From IMG/VR virus record IMGVR_UViG_3300045988_040622: a stretch of 59,895 nt of DNA, one strand, 5' to 3'. Both the position numbers and the translations under genes were made by a program. Below, one piece after another: positions 9,196-18,716 of this stretch (position 1 is the stretch's first letter; each line of letters starts with the position of its first letter). The notes under the pieces were generated by a model. The model did no database searches and was not told the DNA's origin. It was given only the letters and a program-made list of their open reading frames with translations. This DNA comes from a virus.

Positions 9196-9197
9196 GA

Positions 9198-9596
9198 CTA
9201 TCCCTCACTTTCTGCCAGCTTTGCCATTTTCCAATCGCTTATATCGCCACTTCCGCGCGCACTCCAAGATGTTGCTCCGTATCCCCATGCGTACACTATT
9301 CCGTTCTCGTATTTTGCAAAATATCTTTTTTCCCACGAATTTTTTTCGCTATTTCTTACCAAAATCGGCGTATCGACCGGAACTTTAGTCCAATCAACAG
9401 GTGGCTCAACATACTCTGAATTAAGCCATTCGCGGAAATTATACGTACTTCCTTTGCACGAATCCAACCCATAAAAATCACACTCTTCACATTTAGTTTC
9501 TCTGCAAAGTGCAGGCTCTCCATTTTTTAATACTAACTTTCCTGTGTTTACCGCAAGTTCTATAATCTCATTTCCGTATTTTTCTTTATTCGTCAT
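9198..9596 (-). CDS. Hypothetical protein
   Basis: Start is trimmed to MTNKEKYGNEI, directly after the stop of the upstream ORF. Confidence 0.5.
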   Translation of the reverse strand: MTNKEKYGNEIIELAVNTGKLVLKNGEPALCRETKCEECDFYGLDSCKGSTYNFREWLNSEYVEPPVDWTKVPVDTPILVRNSEKNSWEKRYFAKYENGIVYAWGYGATSWSARGSGDISDWKMAKLAESEG

Positions 9597-9597
9597 A

Positions 9598-10041
9598 TTA
9601 AACCCCCAAATCACACACAAACTTAATCTCATCCGCCAAACTCTGTGCTATCATCGGCACCGTCAACTGAAACTGCTTGTAATTAGCCAGTGTATCAATG
9701 TAGTCGATGAATTTTTCCGTGAAATATTGCAACTGTTTCGCTGTTATCTTAAATTCATTTTTCAGAATAGTAAGTGTCAGTGCAAAATAGTTAAACAAAG
9801 ATGCACTGGAAAGCCTGTATGCTTCACGCTCGATGCAGAAAGCTTTCTTTGCGTACAGGTTCATTAACTGTCTCTGTGGAATTTTTCCGACTTCTTCTTT
9901 GATGTCGATTCCGTATTTACTTTTCAGATAAACAGACAAGTCCTTTCCAGTATTTCCGCCGGACGATGCTTCATCTAAGTAAGATTTCAAAAAAATCCTG
10001 CAACCGGATGATTCTTGTCTGCCCGAAACCGAATTTGTCAT
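9598..10041 (-). CDS. Hypothetical protein, probably the distal part of a gene broken at a homopolymer
   Basis: It overlaps ORF 9971-10195 by 71 nt in the +1 frame. The frames meet at a run of 7 A (plus strand 9989-9995). Confidence 0.45.
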   Translation of the reverse strand: MTNSVSGRQESSGCRIFLKSYLDEASSGGNTGKDLSVYLKSKYGIDIKEEVGKIPQRQLMNLYAKKAFCIEREAYRLSSASLFNYFALTLTILKNEFKITAKQLQYFTEKFIDYIDTLANYKQFQLTVPMIAQSLADEIKFVCDLGV

Positions 10042-10195
10042 GCAAAATTATGTACCCAATCACGACAAAATCTTTGTACGATTTTGATATAACCTTATCA
10101 GCATTTCTCTTTTCAAAATCATTTCGCCCGATAATCCGCATTTCCTGTTTTGTGTAAAATGTTGGCTTTTTCTTCCGTCTCAACGCGTTGCTCAT
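9971..10195 (-). CDS. Hypothetical protein, probably the proximal part of the same broken gene
   Basis: Start is trimmed to MSNALRRKKKP (ATGA overlap with the upstream gene). It ends ...HDKFGFGQTRIIRLQDFFEILLR just after the T7 run. Confidence 0.45.
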   Translation of the reverse strand: MSNALRRKKKPTFYTKQEMRIIGRNDFEKRNADKVISKSYKDFVVIGYIILHDKFGFGQTRIIRLQDFFEILLR

Positions 10196-10461
10196 TTCTT
10201 TGCTTTCTCCTTTCTGTATGTGATTTCCAACCATGCAAAATGACTCAATACAAGCTGTCTTGCGCGCTCTTCAATCTCCATTCCTTTGTATTTGTTTATC
10301 AATGATTCTCCGGCTTTTACAACTTCATCCCACCAAGAATCAGAGTTGTCCGGGGAATAGTATTTCTGAATGAATTGCCAATAATCCATAAATACTTGCC
10401 ATTCTTCCGAACCCTTTTCGATTTTTGCACTTGCCATAGCTGCTACCTCTAAAACGGACAA
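10192..10461 (-). CDS. Hypothetical protein
   Basis: 89-aa ORF following dnaB with an overlap. Confidence 0.55.
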   Translation of the reverse strand: MSVLEVAAMASAKIEKGSEEWQVFMDYWQFIQKYYSPDNSDSWWDEVVKAGESLINKYKGMEIEERARQLVLSHFAWLEITYRKEKAKK

Positions 10462-11771
10462 TCGCCGTCATACGACTTGAATCCGTCGCCGCGCTCTTTC
10501 TTTTTGATTTCTGCAACAACATCATCAAGCGGTTTTTCGATTTCAACAAACTTCATGTGATCTCCATCAAACTCCATTGCTTCACGCATTGTCATTCCCT
10601 GCCTGTTCTTCTCGATTTTTACACCCTTGGCTCCCTTGTCATTGTCTGACAGATTCCACAGCATAATTATGTTTGACGCATCCTGTTCGATTGCCCCGGA
10701 TTCCCTCAACTCTGCCATGGTAGGTTCTTTTGTGTCTCTGCTTTCGGAAGCTCTTGTTATCTGTGAAAGTGCTATCACATGTGTATTTAAGTCTCTTGCA
10801 ACAGATTTTAAACCTCTTGAAATTGATGCTACTTCTTCGTTTCTTCCCGAATATCTGTTATCCGGCATAAGCAATTGCAGATAGTCAACAACGATAACGT
10901 CAAAGTTTTGGTGTCTGCATTCTGACTTTATCTCTCTCGGGGATACAGTCCCGGATGCAATCCATAATTGATAATCGCTCATTTCTTCATTTGCTTGGTT
11001 AAATTTTTCCTGCTCATCGCCAAGAAACGCTTTTGCCCTTCTGATTCTCGTTAAGCCGATTTCCGCAAGTCTTGAAATAAATCGTTCATACACCTGTTTA
11101 TCGCTCATCTCCAAATTGAAATATGCGACCTTAAGTCCCCTTTTTGCCATATTTCCAATAATCTGCGTTGTGAGTGCGGATTTTCCGACTGCCGGTCTTG
11201 CAGCAATTACTGTTACATCACCTCGTTCAAGATCGCCAAGTGCATCATCAAATTGCGATAACCCGATTTTTATACCGCCCTCTCCAACACTTTCGTTGAA
11301 ATATTTGTCTTTATTCTCAACTGAAATCTGCTTAATTGGCTTTAGTTTTACTTCTTTTCCCTCTTGCAAATGTTCAAGCCTTGTAAGAAGATCACTGATT
11401 GTATCATCAATGTCACATGGTTTTAAGCTGGATTTCTGATACATGTCACGAACCGTTCTTACTTTGTATTCTTTCGCAACCGCATCGGCATAACTTTTGA
11501 CCATAGTTGAAGTGATTGTTCCGGTAATACAGGATTTCATCAATTCGCTAATCTGCTCTTGTGCGTATTTGTGGCTTTCAAGTGCCATTGACAAGGACAT
11601 AGGATCTATACTTTCATTCCGGTCATACATAGCAAGCATTTCCTTGTATGTATCCTGTGCAAATTCCGAACTGAACATTTCCGGCTTCAATGTTCGCCAG
11701 ATGTTATTTAGCACATCATTGTCAATCAATACGCACCCGATCACTCCGAACTCTGCTTCTGTCAATTGCAA
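10449..11771 (-). CDS. dnaB: Replicative DNA helicase (DnaB family)
   Basis: 440 aa. Walker A is AARPAVGKSALTTQI, Walker B-like VIVVDYLQLL, plus RGLKSVARDLNTHVIALSQ. Confidence 0.85.
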   Translation of the reverse strand: MQLTEAEFGVIGCVLIDNDVLNNIWRTLKPEMFSSEFAQDTYKEMLAMYDRNESIDPMSLSMALESHKYAQEQISELMKSCITGTITSTMVKSYADAVAKEYKVRTVRDMYQKSSLKPCDIDDTISDLLTRLEHLQEGKEVKLKPIKQISVENKDKYFNESVGEGGIKIGLSQFDDALGDLERGDVTVIAARPAVGKSALTTQIIGNMAKRGLKVAYFNLEMSDKQVYERFISRLAEIGLTRIRRAKAFLGDEQEKFNQANEEMSDYQLWIASGTVSPREIKSECRHQNFDVIVVDYLQLLMPDNRYSGRNEEVASISRGLKSVARDLNTHVIALSQITRASESRDTKEPTMAELRESGAIEQDASNIIMLWNLSDNDKGAKGVKIEKNRQGMTMREAMEFDGDHMKFVEIEKPLDDVVAEIKKKERGDGFKSYDGDCPF

Positions 11772-12565
11772 TCACCTCGTTTCTCTGCAATCTGCAACCA
11801 ATAGTCGCAATCATTTTTCAGCCAATCAACATATTTTGGAATGTACCGAAAATCCGTATCGTCTGGATTCTTTTCTTGATAGTCACTCAAATATGCCTCT
11901 GTGGCTTTGTATAACAGCCGTGCAATGTCCGGTTGGTTCTCTTCGATAACTTCTAGCACCTTATCCATCCAAGCTGTTTTAGAGGTACTGTACGCTGTTT
12001 TCTTGGGGTATATACTAAAAGTCTTTTTCCATGCATCGTCAAAATCAAACAACTCTCCGGAATCGGTCGACAGCGAATTTTCTTTTATATTTTCTTTCTC
12101 TTTATCTTCTTCTTTTTCTTCTTCTTTATCTGAAACAGCGACGTCAGACGATTTATCGGGCGATTTTTGCTCAATTAGGTTCTTCTGTTTCTTTCTCCGG
12201 TTCTGCTGATATAGCCTGTCACGTTCCTTTTTCTTCTCATAAGCGTCAAGTGTTTGGTGCTTGTTCCAATTCGGAATCGTTATCACGTTGTCAACAACTT
12301 CAATCATTCCAAACTCTTCAAAGGTCTTAAGCGCAAGCCTTACCGTGTTCAAATCTCTGCGAAAAATGGTGGCAAGCATTTCATCCGTGAACGGTAATTT
12401 GTTGCTCATCATAAACACACCGTTGTTATTCTGTTTTCCGGCAAGAATGAGAAGTTTGAACCAAATCGTAATGATGCTATCCGCACTCGGCATACTCTCA
12501 ATCAGAAGAATCTTTTCATCGTCAAAAACATCTGTTGTGATTTTAATCCACTTGACTTCTGCCAT
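11762..12565 (-). CDS. Phage replisome organizer (N-terminal domain family)
   Basis: MAEVKWIKITTDVFDDEKILLIESMP...WFKLLILAGKQNNNG matches the replisome-organizer pattern. The centre is acidic and low-complexity. The gene lies directly upstream of dnaB. Confidence 0.7.
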   Translation of the reverse strand: MAEVKWIKITTDVFDDEKILLIESMPSADSIITIWFKLLILAGKQNNNGVFMMSNKLPFTDEMLATIFRRDLNTVRLALKTFEEFGMIEVVDNVITIPNWNKHQTLDAYEKKKERDRLYQQNRRKKQKNLIEQKSPDKSSDVAVSDKEEEKEEDKEKENIKENSLSTDSGELFDFDDAWKKTFSIYPKKTAYSTSKTAWMDKVLEVIEENQPDIARLLYKATEAYLSDYQEKNPDDTDFRYIPKYVDWLKNDCDYWLQIAEKRGDCN

Positions 12566-12569
12566 TTAT

Positions 12570-13187
12570 TTAATCACTCTCCTCATATGTATTTTCAGAA
12601 ATCAAAGCCATAAACTTCTCATACTGTTTTTCAGAAACTTTGTTACCCTGTTTCTCTGGCTTCAAGCGGATTTCAAGGTGCTTTTCAGCAATATGCGATA
12701 ATTCCTTAGCAAGAGTCTTTTTGCCTTGTTGTACGCCCCGCATATAACCTTTGACCACTTTTCTTTCTCCGATTGAACCACTTGCGCGATTTTCTCCTTG
12801 ACCGCCCAAACTGACATTACGCAATTGATAGCCTTTATCTGCATATAACTTGATGTAATATTTCTCCTTTTTATCAAGCTGGCTCTCTGAGAAATTCAGA
12901 AATTCAACTCGCCAACCATAAGGATTGTCGCTCTCGTTGTACAACTTATGCTTCCGTAAACTAAGGTCTATGTGTTGTTCATAGCCTGTAAGGTGGCTAC
13001 ACAATCTGCTGATTATATGCAGTGCCTGCCCGATATACGCATACCGGAAACCATTTTCATCCTCACGAAGTAAGAAGTATATTCCGCTTTCATCATTCAG
13101 TTTCGGATTCAACGCAAGCCACTTCTGTTTATTTTTGGCTTCGATGGCTTTTGCCTGTCTAAATTTCTTATAATCCACCCCAATCAC
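12570..13187 (-). CDS. GIY-YIG domain nuclease (free-standing)
   Basis: GIYFLLRED...YAYIGQA...KEKYYIKLY arrangement in a 205-aa ORF. Confidence 0.6.
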   Translation of the reverse strand: MIGVDYKKFRQAKAIEAKNKQKWLALNPKLNDESGIYFLLREDENGFRYAYIGQALHIISRLCSHLTGYEQHIDLSLRKHKLYNESDNPYGWRVEFLNFSESQLDKKEKYYIKLYADKGYQLRNVSLGGQGENRASGSIGERKVVKGYMRGVQQGKKTLAKELSHIAEKHLEIRLKPEKQGNKVSEKQYEKFMALISENTYEESD

Positions 13188-13531
13188 TTCCTCTCCAATG
13201 GCTTCATGCTCATTTGAGCCACAAACTTTCCGTAACTCATTCCGGAAGCGCGTGCCATATGATTCACAGCCTTGATTGCATCATCCTTTTTCTTTGGCTT
13301 TCTCAATCGTTCTTTAATGTCAATGCCGATGCAGTCTTGGCAATCAACTTTGCGTTCATCTATCGTCATAAACAGCCTGCCACATTTCGGGCATATTCTT
13401 GTATACACAATTCTTCCAGCCTTTTTAAAATTCTTAAACTGTGCGTATCTTTTTGCACATTTGGGTCTGCAGTATTTTTGATCTGGTCGCTTCGGCTCAA
13501 ATTCAGCCATACAGTATTCACATATTTTCAA
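13184..13531 (-). CDS. Zinc-ribbon protein
   Basis: CEYC...CRPKC and CPKCG...CQDC pairs. Confidence 0.5.
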   Translation of the reverse strand: MKICEYCMAEFEPKRPDQKYCRPKCAKRYAQFKNFKKAGRIVYTRICPKCGRLFMTIDERKVDCQDCIGIDIKERLRKPKKKDDAIKAVNHMARASGMSYGKFVAQMSMKPLERK

Positions 13532-13665
13532 TTTTTACCTCCAATCTTTTGTAAGGGCGGTGCGGTAAACGCACCGCCAAAACATGGCTTTCAATAAGGT
13601 TTGTGATAACTATTCACCAAACAAGATAGTTTCTTTTAGGCTTTCGCCAAGGTGTTTCAACCTAA

Positions 13666-13980
13666 TTATTCTTTTTCAAGTTCCGCTTTGATGGTCTCAA
13701 GTTTTTTCTCTTCATATTCAAGACGTACTCGGCAACTCTCAACAATAGCGCCCTGCCTGCTAATAAGCATTTCAACAGCTTTTTTCTTGTTTTTCTCCGT
13801 CAGAATGACCCTATCCCGGCTGCAACCGCTTAACACACCAATTTCGTCCTTGCGGATTCTCTGTCCTTTATATTCAAATTCGGATTCTTCAGTAATGATA
13901 TACGTTTTTGGCTTTTCTTCTACGTCTACTTCTCCACAAGAAAATTTATCGCCCCAAAATCTGTAAATGTATAATTTCAT
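13666..13980 (-). CDS. Hypothetical protein
   Basis: Start is trimmed to MKLYIYRFWG after an AAAGGAG RBS. Confidence 0.5.
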   Translation of the reverse strand: MKLYIYRFWGDKFSCGEVDVEEKPKTYIITEESEFEYKGQRIRKDEIGVLSGCSRDRVILTEKNKKKAVEMLISRQGAIVESCRVRLEYEEKKLETIKAELEKE

Positions 13981-13991
13981 GCTTTCTCCTT

Positions 13992-14729
13992 TCAGAACGG
14001 ACAAATGTTCATATCAACCTCTAACCCTTTTTCTGCAACATAAACATTCGCTCCATATTTAATTGTTTCTTTCGTTCGTTGTAGGAATAACGCGGGATTT
14101 CCGCTTGTGTCCGATAAGTGTATTAAAACGACATTTCGCAAAGCAGGGTTGTCGTTCGTCTGAATAAATTTAAGTGCCGTATCAAGGCTCATATGCCCTC
14201 GTAAACGGTGTTCATAATTTGGCTCATTCCGGTCTACCAAGTCCATGCTATAATTGGCTTCAACCATGATATGCTCAACCTTTATGCCGGAAAAGTCATA
14301 TTTGCAATATTCCAAGTCGGTCAAGAATAACAGTTTACCTATTTCCTCATGCTCGATTAAATAGCCGTAGCACTCGATTTCTGTATCATGCGGTACATTG
14401 AAGGGTGTTACTGTAAAACTGCCGATTTGCCGTACTCTGCGCGGTGGAATAGGTGCTGTACGTTCTCCGGTTATGGTTTCAAGTGCGGTCTGCGTTTCAA
14501 AAGCCGTGTAAACCGGAATACCGGACTGCATGAAATCTTTTATGTATCGTGCATGGTCTCCGTGTTCGTGGCTCACAATGCATCCGGAAACATTTGCTAT
14601 TTTCCAATCAATCATTTTCTTAAAGTCCATAAATTTCACACCTGCTTCAATGGCAAGAATCTCACCACTGCTGCTGATTAAAGCGTAACTGTTGCCTGCT
14701 GATGATGAACCGCAACATCGCATAAGCAT
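13992..14729 (-). CDS. MBL-fold metallo-hydrolase (putative recombination nuclease)
   Basis: IVSHEHGDHARY carries the HxHxDH motif. 245 aa. Confidence 0.7.
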   Translation of the reverse strand: MLMRCCGSSSAGNSYALISSSGEILAIEAGVKFMDFKKMIDWKIANVSGCIVSHEHGDHARYIKDFMQSGIPVYTAFETQTALETITGERTAPIPPRRVRQIGSFTVTPFNVPHDTEIECYGYLIEHEEIGKLLFLTDLEYCKYDFSGIKVEHIMVEANYSMDLVDRNEPNYEHRLRGHMSLDTALKFIQTNDNPALRNVVLIHLSDTSGNPALFLQRTKETIKYGANVYVAEKGLEVDMNICPF

Positions 14730-15536
14730 TTAAACCACCTCACTTTCATCCGTTTCAATACTTAACTGTCCCGAAACTATCTTTGAATATTCCTTTGCCA
14801 AGTCCTCAAGTGTTATCTTTGGAACTGTAATATTCATAACACGGTCTCGACCATATTCATCAATGTATTTCCTAATCCACCATGCTTCAATGTTGTTCAG
14901 ATACTCCTGTGACTTAACACGAACCTCTGTAATGGTCTCAAATACAAGGTCTGTAATATTACCTTTCAAACCGCTCTTAACGTGTTCCTGCCACCGGAAG
15001 AATGGCATATATACCGTTTGTCCTATGTAGTGCATATTAGTCTTTCTGTTGTAAATATGATAGATATATCCATATACGCCACCGTTACTCTCATATCCCT
15101 CTCTGGTTTGAAATTCTCCTTCGTAGTAGGGATTGATTTTGCTACTGGTTTTTGCTCGGCAATCATAAGAACAAAAGTAATATTTTTCTCCACCATCTGT
15201 CGTAATGTATGGAAAGTCCTTTTGTTTGCCTTTGATCGACTTATGGCAGTTAAAACAGATTGTATCAACTTCAATATTGAATCGCTCATAGAAGAATTGG
15301 TTGCTTTCCATAACCAGAGCATATATTCCGCTACCTTTTCTTGGCTTTGCAAACCTTGAAATACTGCTTTTCTTCTTTACTTCGTCCTTTGCTTCACTAC
15401 GAGACATATCTTCTCCGCAAAGATAATATTCATCAAGAAGAGTGCCTTTTTGAGAATCCCACACGTTATCATCTGTAAACTCTTTCAGTTCATCGTCTAC
15501 CTTGTAATCATAGATGCGAACCCAATAGTATTTCAT
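14730..15536 (-). CDS. GIY-YIG domain protein with N-terminal zinc-finger region
   Basis: C-terminal GYIYHIYNRKTNMHYIGQT...WQEH...IEAWWIRKY (GIY-YIG). The N-terminal region carries CFNCH...CSYDC. Confidence 0.6.
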   Translation of the reverse strand: MKYYWVRIYDYKVDDELKEFTDDNVWDSQKGTLLDEYYLCGEDMSRSEAKDEVKKKSSISRFAKPRKGSGIYALVMESNQFFYERFNIEVDTICFNCHKSIKGKQKDFPYITTDGGEKYYFCSYDCRAKTSSKINPYYEGEFQTREGYESNGGVYGYIYHIYNRKTNMHYIGQTVYMPFFRWQEHVKSGLKGNITDLVFETITEVRVKSQEYLNNIEAWWIRKYIDEYGRDRVMNITVPKITLEDLAKEYSKIVSGQLSIETDESEVV

Positions 15537-15539
15537 AGG

Positions 15540-15869
15540 CTACTCCAATTCTTCCTCTGCCGGAAACTGAAAATATTCTGTTGTAGCTTTCTGAAACATT
15601 TCTTTGCTTAACGCTTGGGAAAATTCCGTGAAGTGTTCTGAATTGGCAGTATGATGATAAAATTCATTATTTTCATACGCAATCCTAAGCATTTCCATGG
15701 CTTTCTTCGCTTTTTCTTTGGTGGGATATTCAGCAATTTGCATGTCTTCATTAAGCGACTCAACACCTATTAAGTTTTTGTTCAGGAAATAAATTCTTGA
15801 CCTGAATCTCTGAATAATCACCTCTTCGTATGGCATATCAAGCGTTCCGTCCTGCGATATAACTCTCAT
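15540..15869 (-). CDS. Hypothetical protein
   Basis: Start is trimmed to MRVISQDG, 6 nt after a GAGGAGG RBS. Confidence 0.5.
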   Translation of the reverse strand: MRVISQDGTLDMPYEEVIIQRFRSRIYFLNKNLIGVESLNEDMQIAEYPTKEKAKKAMEMLRIAYENNEFYHHTANSEHFTEFSQALSKEMFQKATTEYFQFPAEEELE

Positions 15870-15880
15870 AGAAAACCTCC

Positions 15881-16093
15881 TCATCTAAAAAACAGAAACC
15901 AAATAAGTGCCACGAATGAATCAATGAGTGCGGCTATAAACACGATTGCAACAACAACCCTACCAAAAGTGACCTTGTAAGGAATGCCGAGAGCATGACG
16001 TATTTCTTCTGCTGGACTAATGCCGGAAGCAACAAACTTTCCTATAACGAAAAACAACACCCATAACAAAATTGCAATTTTAACAAAAATCAT
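15881..16093 (-). CDS. Small two-TM membrane protein
   Basis: 70 aa and strongly hydrophobic (ILLWVLFFVIGKF..., VAIVFIAALIDSF). Confidence 0.5.
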   Translation of the reverse strand: MIFVKIAILLWVLFFVIGKFVASGISPAEEIRHALGIPYKVTFGRVVVAIVFIAALIDSFVALIWFLFFR

Positions 16094-16106
16094 AATTCAT
16101 ATCCTC

Positions 16107-17156
16107 CTAATCTTTCATAAAGTCCGGTACGTTCTCGTCATTCTCAACGGCTTTCTCCGGCTCGACTGCTGCACCGTCGGTCGCTTCGGACTCAGCTACA
16201 ACAAATGGTTCTGAATTGGCGTTTTCTGCAATTTCTTCCTGTGTCTGCACATAGGTTTCATCAAGCTGATTGAAGGACTGCTTTGCCATGCTATTGAAGT
16301 CCTTGCGATACTTCTTGATTGCATTGTTACGCATTTTACGAACAATCATTGATTCCGGTGTGTCGAGCCATGCCGCGCTGATATAAGGCTTTGCAACTTC
16401 ACATTCCAACATTTCATCAACGGTTGCGCATTTTCTCAAAGCATCGAAAATCTCCTCTTTCTTAGCCTTGATTTTGCTCAACTGCTCGGCTGATGCCTTG
16501 TAACGATTCTGACAAATTCCGAAAGTCTCATTCATCAGATTGTTGCGCACATGAGCAAACAGATTAACCTTTACACCGTCTCTCTCTGCGATCAGATACT
16601 GAAATGTGCCGTCCTTTAATTTCAGAGGATAAACAACACGGACAACCTTCTGTGATCGTCCCATTTCTTCCCATTCCGGCGGTGTCATTTCGATACCCTT
16701 ATGCTTTGGATATGAAAACTCGTCACCGTCTTTAACAAGCCAACAAGGATATACGGTATCTACATTTTCTCCATAGTTACGAAGTAATGCATCGTTGCCG
16801 TCTCCCTCAATTCCCATTTCTACAACCTGCACATAGTTGTCTCCGGACTTCTTTGTTCTAAGCTGGAAATAGCACTCTCTCGGCACTGCATTAGCATTGA
16901 GTTTAAGGCTTGCGCACTGACCGACAACCTCTCGCAGATTCGATGTATCAAGTCCGTTTAAATCCTTGATTTTATCGCTATCCTTAACAAGATGATAAAT
17001 GCTTGTCATAGCTGACATGGCGCACTGCTTTGAATAATCATCATACGGCACACCGCATAACTCGAAATCTTTTGTAACAAGATTCGTGATTGAATTAGTC
17101 CACTGGCTGACCGCAGTGTTGACTTTCTGTACCTCTAAACTGTTGTTTTCTGCCAT
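16107..17156 (-). CDS. RecT/Red-beta-like single-strand annealing protein (putative)
   Basis: 349 aa. SLKLNANAVPRECYFQLR...VEMGIEGDG resembles the RecT core. It sits in a recombination module with SSB and nuclease genes. Confidence 0.45.
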   Translation of the reverse strand: MAENNSLEVQKVNTAVSQWTNSITNLVTKDFELCGVPYDDYSKQCAMSAMTSIYHLVKDSDKIKDLNGLDTSNLREVVGQCASLKLNANAVPRECYFQLRTKKSGDNYVQVVEMGIEGDGNDALLRNYGENVDTVYPCWLVKDGDEFSYPKHKGIEMTPPEWEEMGRSQKVVRVVYPLKLKDGTFQYLIAERDGVKVNLFAHVRNNLMNETFGICQNRYKASAEQLSKIKAKKEEIFDALRKCATVDEMLECEVAKPYISAAWLDTPESMIVRKMRNNAIKKYRKDFNSMAKQSFNQLDETYVQTQEEIAENANSEPFVVAESEATDGAAVEPEKAVENDENVPDFMKD

Positions 17157-17158
17157 AA

Positions 17159-17401
17159 TTACTTATCCTCCATTCCGCTTAAAATAGCTTTGATAACTTC
17201 TGCCATGCGTTCTTTTTCTTCATTTTTAAATGTTTCTGTGTCTTTCTTGGACTCCACACTATCATTTGCTCTCTGCAAAGCACGGTTGTATTTCTCCTCT
17301 CCGAGAGCATTCCTTAATGCTACTAAAAGAGTTATAAATTCAGCCATGATAACCGGCTCTCTTCCGTCTACTTCTATTGTTCCTAAATCTGATTTAATCA
17401 T
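17159..17401 (-). CDS. Hypothetical protein
   Basis: 80-aa ORF, tightly packed. Confidence 0.5.
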   Translation of the reverse strand: MIKSDLGTIEVDGREPVIMAEFITLLVALRNALGEEKYNRALQRANDSVESKKDTETFKNEEKERMAEVIKAILSGMEDK

Positions 17402-17403
17402 AT

Positions 17404-17613
17404 CTATTCCTCGCTTTCTTCATACTTCTTCACAACCGCCATCTTATCAGCACCGTAGGTTTCTACCCACTTCATATCCACGGTTTCATCCGTGACCGTC
17501 AGCTTTGCACCCTTGGCATTTACAACCATGTCACCGGCTTTTACAGAATCCTCGGTGCGGTATGTATAGCTTCTGGTGCTGTTAGGAAATTTTGCTTTAA
17601 TATAATGCATCAT
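17404..17613 (-). CDS. Hypothetical protein
   Basis: 69-aa ORF. Confidence 0.5.
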   Translation of the reverse strand: MMHYIKAKFPNSTRSYTYRTEDSVKAGDMVVNAKGAKLTVTDETVDMKWVETYGADKMAVVKKYEESEE

Positions 17614-17795
17614 TAACCCTCCTTTTTCACATATCCATTTGACAAATTTTCAAGAATACGCAAAAGTCTTTCGTTGGTTTCTGTGGCTTTTCTAAGTTCT
17701 CCTTCAAGGCGATATTTATTACTCGTAAGTTCATCTACCTTTGTTCGCAAATCCGAGTTTTCAGCCTTCAATTTTTCAATATCATCCATGTACAC
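17613..17795 (-). CDS. Small coiled-coil protein
   Basis: 60 aa with a heptad-like charged sequence. Confidence 0.45.
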   Translation of the reverse strand: MYMDDIEKLKAENSDLRTKVDELTSNKYRLEGELRKATETNERLLRILENLSNGYVKKEG

Positions 17796-17955
17796 GACCT
17801 CTCTTTCCTTTATTTCTCATATCTTTCTCGCAATACGGAAGAGAACAATGTCCGGCTCTTCCCCAGAACCCCTTACTTGCACTCTTCCAACGCTTGCAAG
17901 ACATACACCGTGCATCCGGCTGTATGATGTTATTTTTTGTCCCTATTCTTGACAT
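17782..17955 (-). CDS. Small basic Cys-rich protein (below the ORF-track cutoff)
   Basis: 57 aa, MSRIGTKNNIIQPDARCMSCKRWK...HCSLPYCEKD. It overlaps the next start. Confidence 0.35.
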   Translation of the reverse strand: MSRIGTKNNIIQPDARCMSCKRWKSASKGFWGRAGHCSLPYCEKDMRNKGKRGRVHG

Positions 17956-17972
17956 TCAATATCCCCGCTTTC

Positions 17973-18716
17973 TTAGTGAAAATCCGCTTCCGGTTCTTTT
18001 TCCGGTTGAATATAACTGTCATCATATTCCTTATCAATAACGATAGCCGTTCCAGCTCTGGATAATCTCAAGAGTAGCACCTCAAATTCACTCAAGTTTC
18101 TAAGTGACGAAATCGTCAAATCCTTATAGGAAGAAAGTGTATATGGTTCTTCTTTTCCGTTGCCCCATATCCGCTTTGACACAGGAATTTCAACATTCAG
18201 TTTTTCATCATGCTCATTTTCAAATGTGATAACTGCTCTTTGCACACTGCTCCATGATGGCTTATCTTCCAGCTCAAACCGCATTTCACATTCCACGGGT
18301 TGATAAGAAACGCCATCATCGTAATCAATGTCTAAATCTTCTGTGTCAATATCCCTTTCGCATTGTTTAATCCATGCCTTGAACAAATCCGTAAGTTTGA
18401 TTTCTTTCTGCTCCGGCTCCACCATAAGGTCTTTAAAATTCTCCAGAATCTTTTTATTTCCAATACAGAAATCCGAATTAACAATCTCTGTTAAAACAGA
18501 ATCAAGTTTGGGAAGATACTCTGAAAAATCATAACTCTCAATGTATGGAACCATGACTTCTTTTACCTTTTCCTCAATGGCATGCTTTGCATCTCCCCAA
18601 CGAAAAGCATCTTCGATTGCTCCCACCAATGCATTCATAAATTTTTCTTTGACAATTTCACTTACTTCATCCGAAGATAAACTTTCCGATGCTATTTTCA
18701 ATAATTCTTCTTTCAT
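17973..18716 (-). CDS. Hypothetical acidic protein (partner of the ATPase?)
   Basis: 247-aa ORF that abuts the ATPase gene with no gap. Confidence 0.55.
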   Translation of the reverse strand: MKEELLKIASESLSSDEVSEIVKEKFMNALVGAIEDAFRWGDAKHAIEEKVKEVMVPYIESYDFSEYLPKLDSVLTEIVNSDFCIGNKKILENFKDLMVEPEQKEIKLTDLFKAWIKQCERDIDTEDLDIDYDDGVSYQPVECEMRFELEDKPSWSSVQRAVITFENEHDEKLNVEIPVSKRIWGNGKEEPYTLSSYKDLTISSLRNLSEFEVLLLRLSRAGTAIVIDKEYDDSYIQPEKEPEADFH

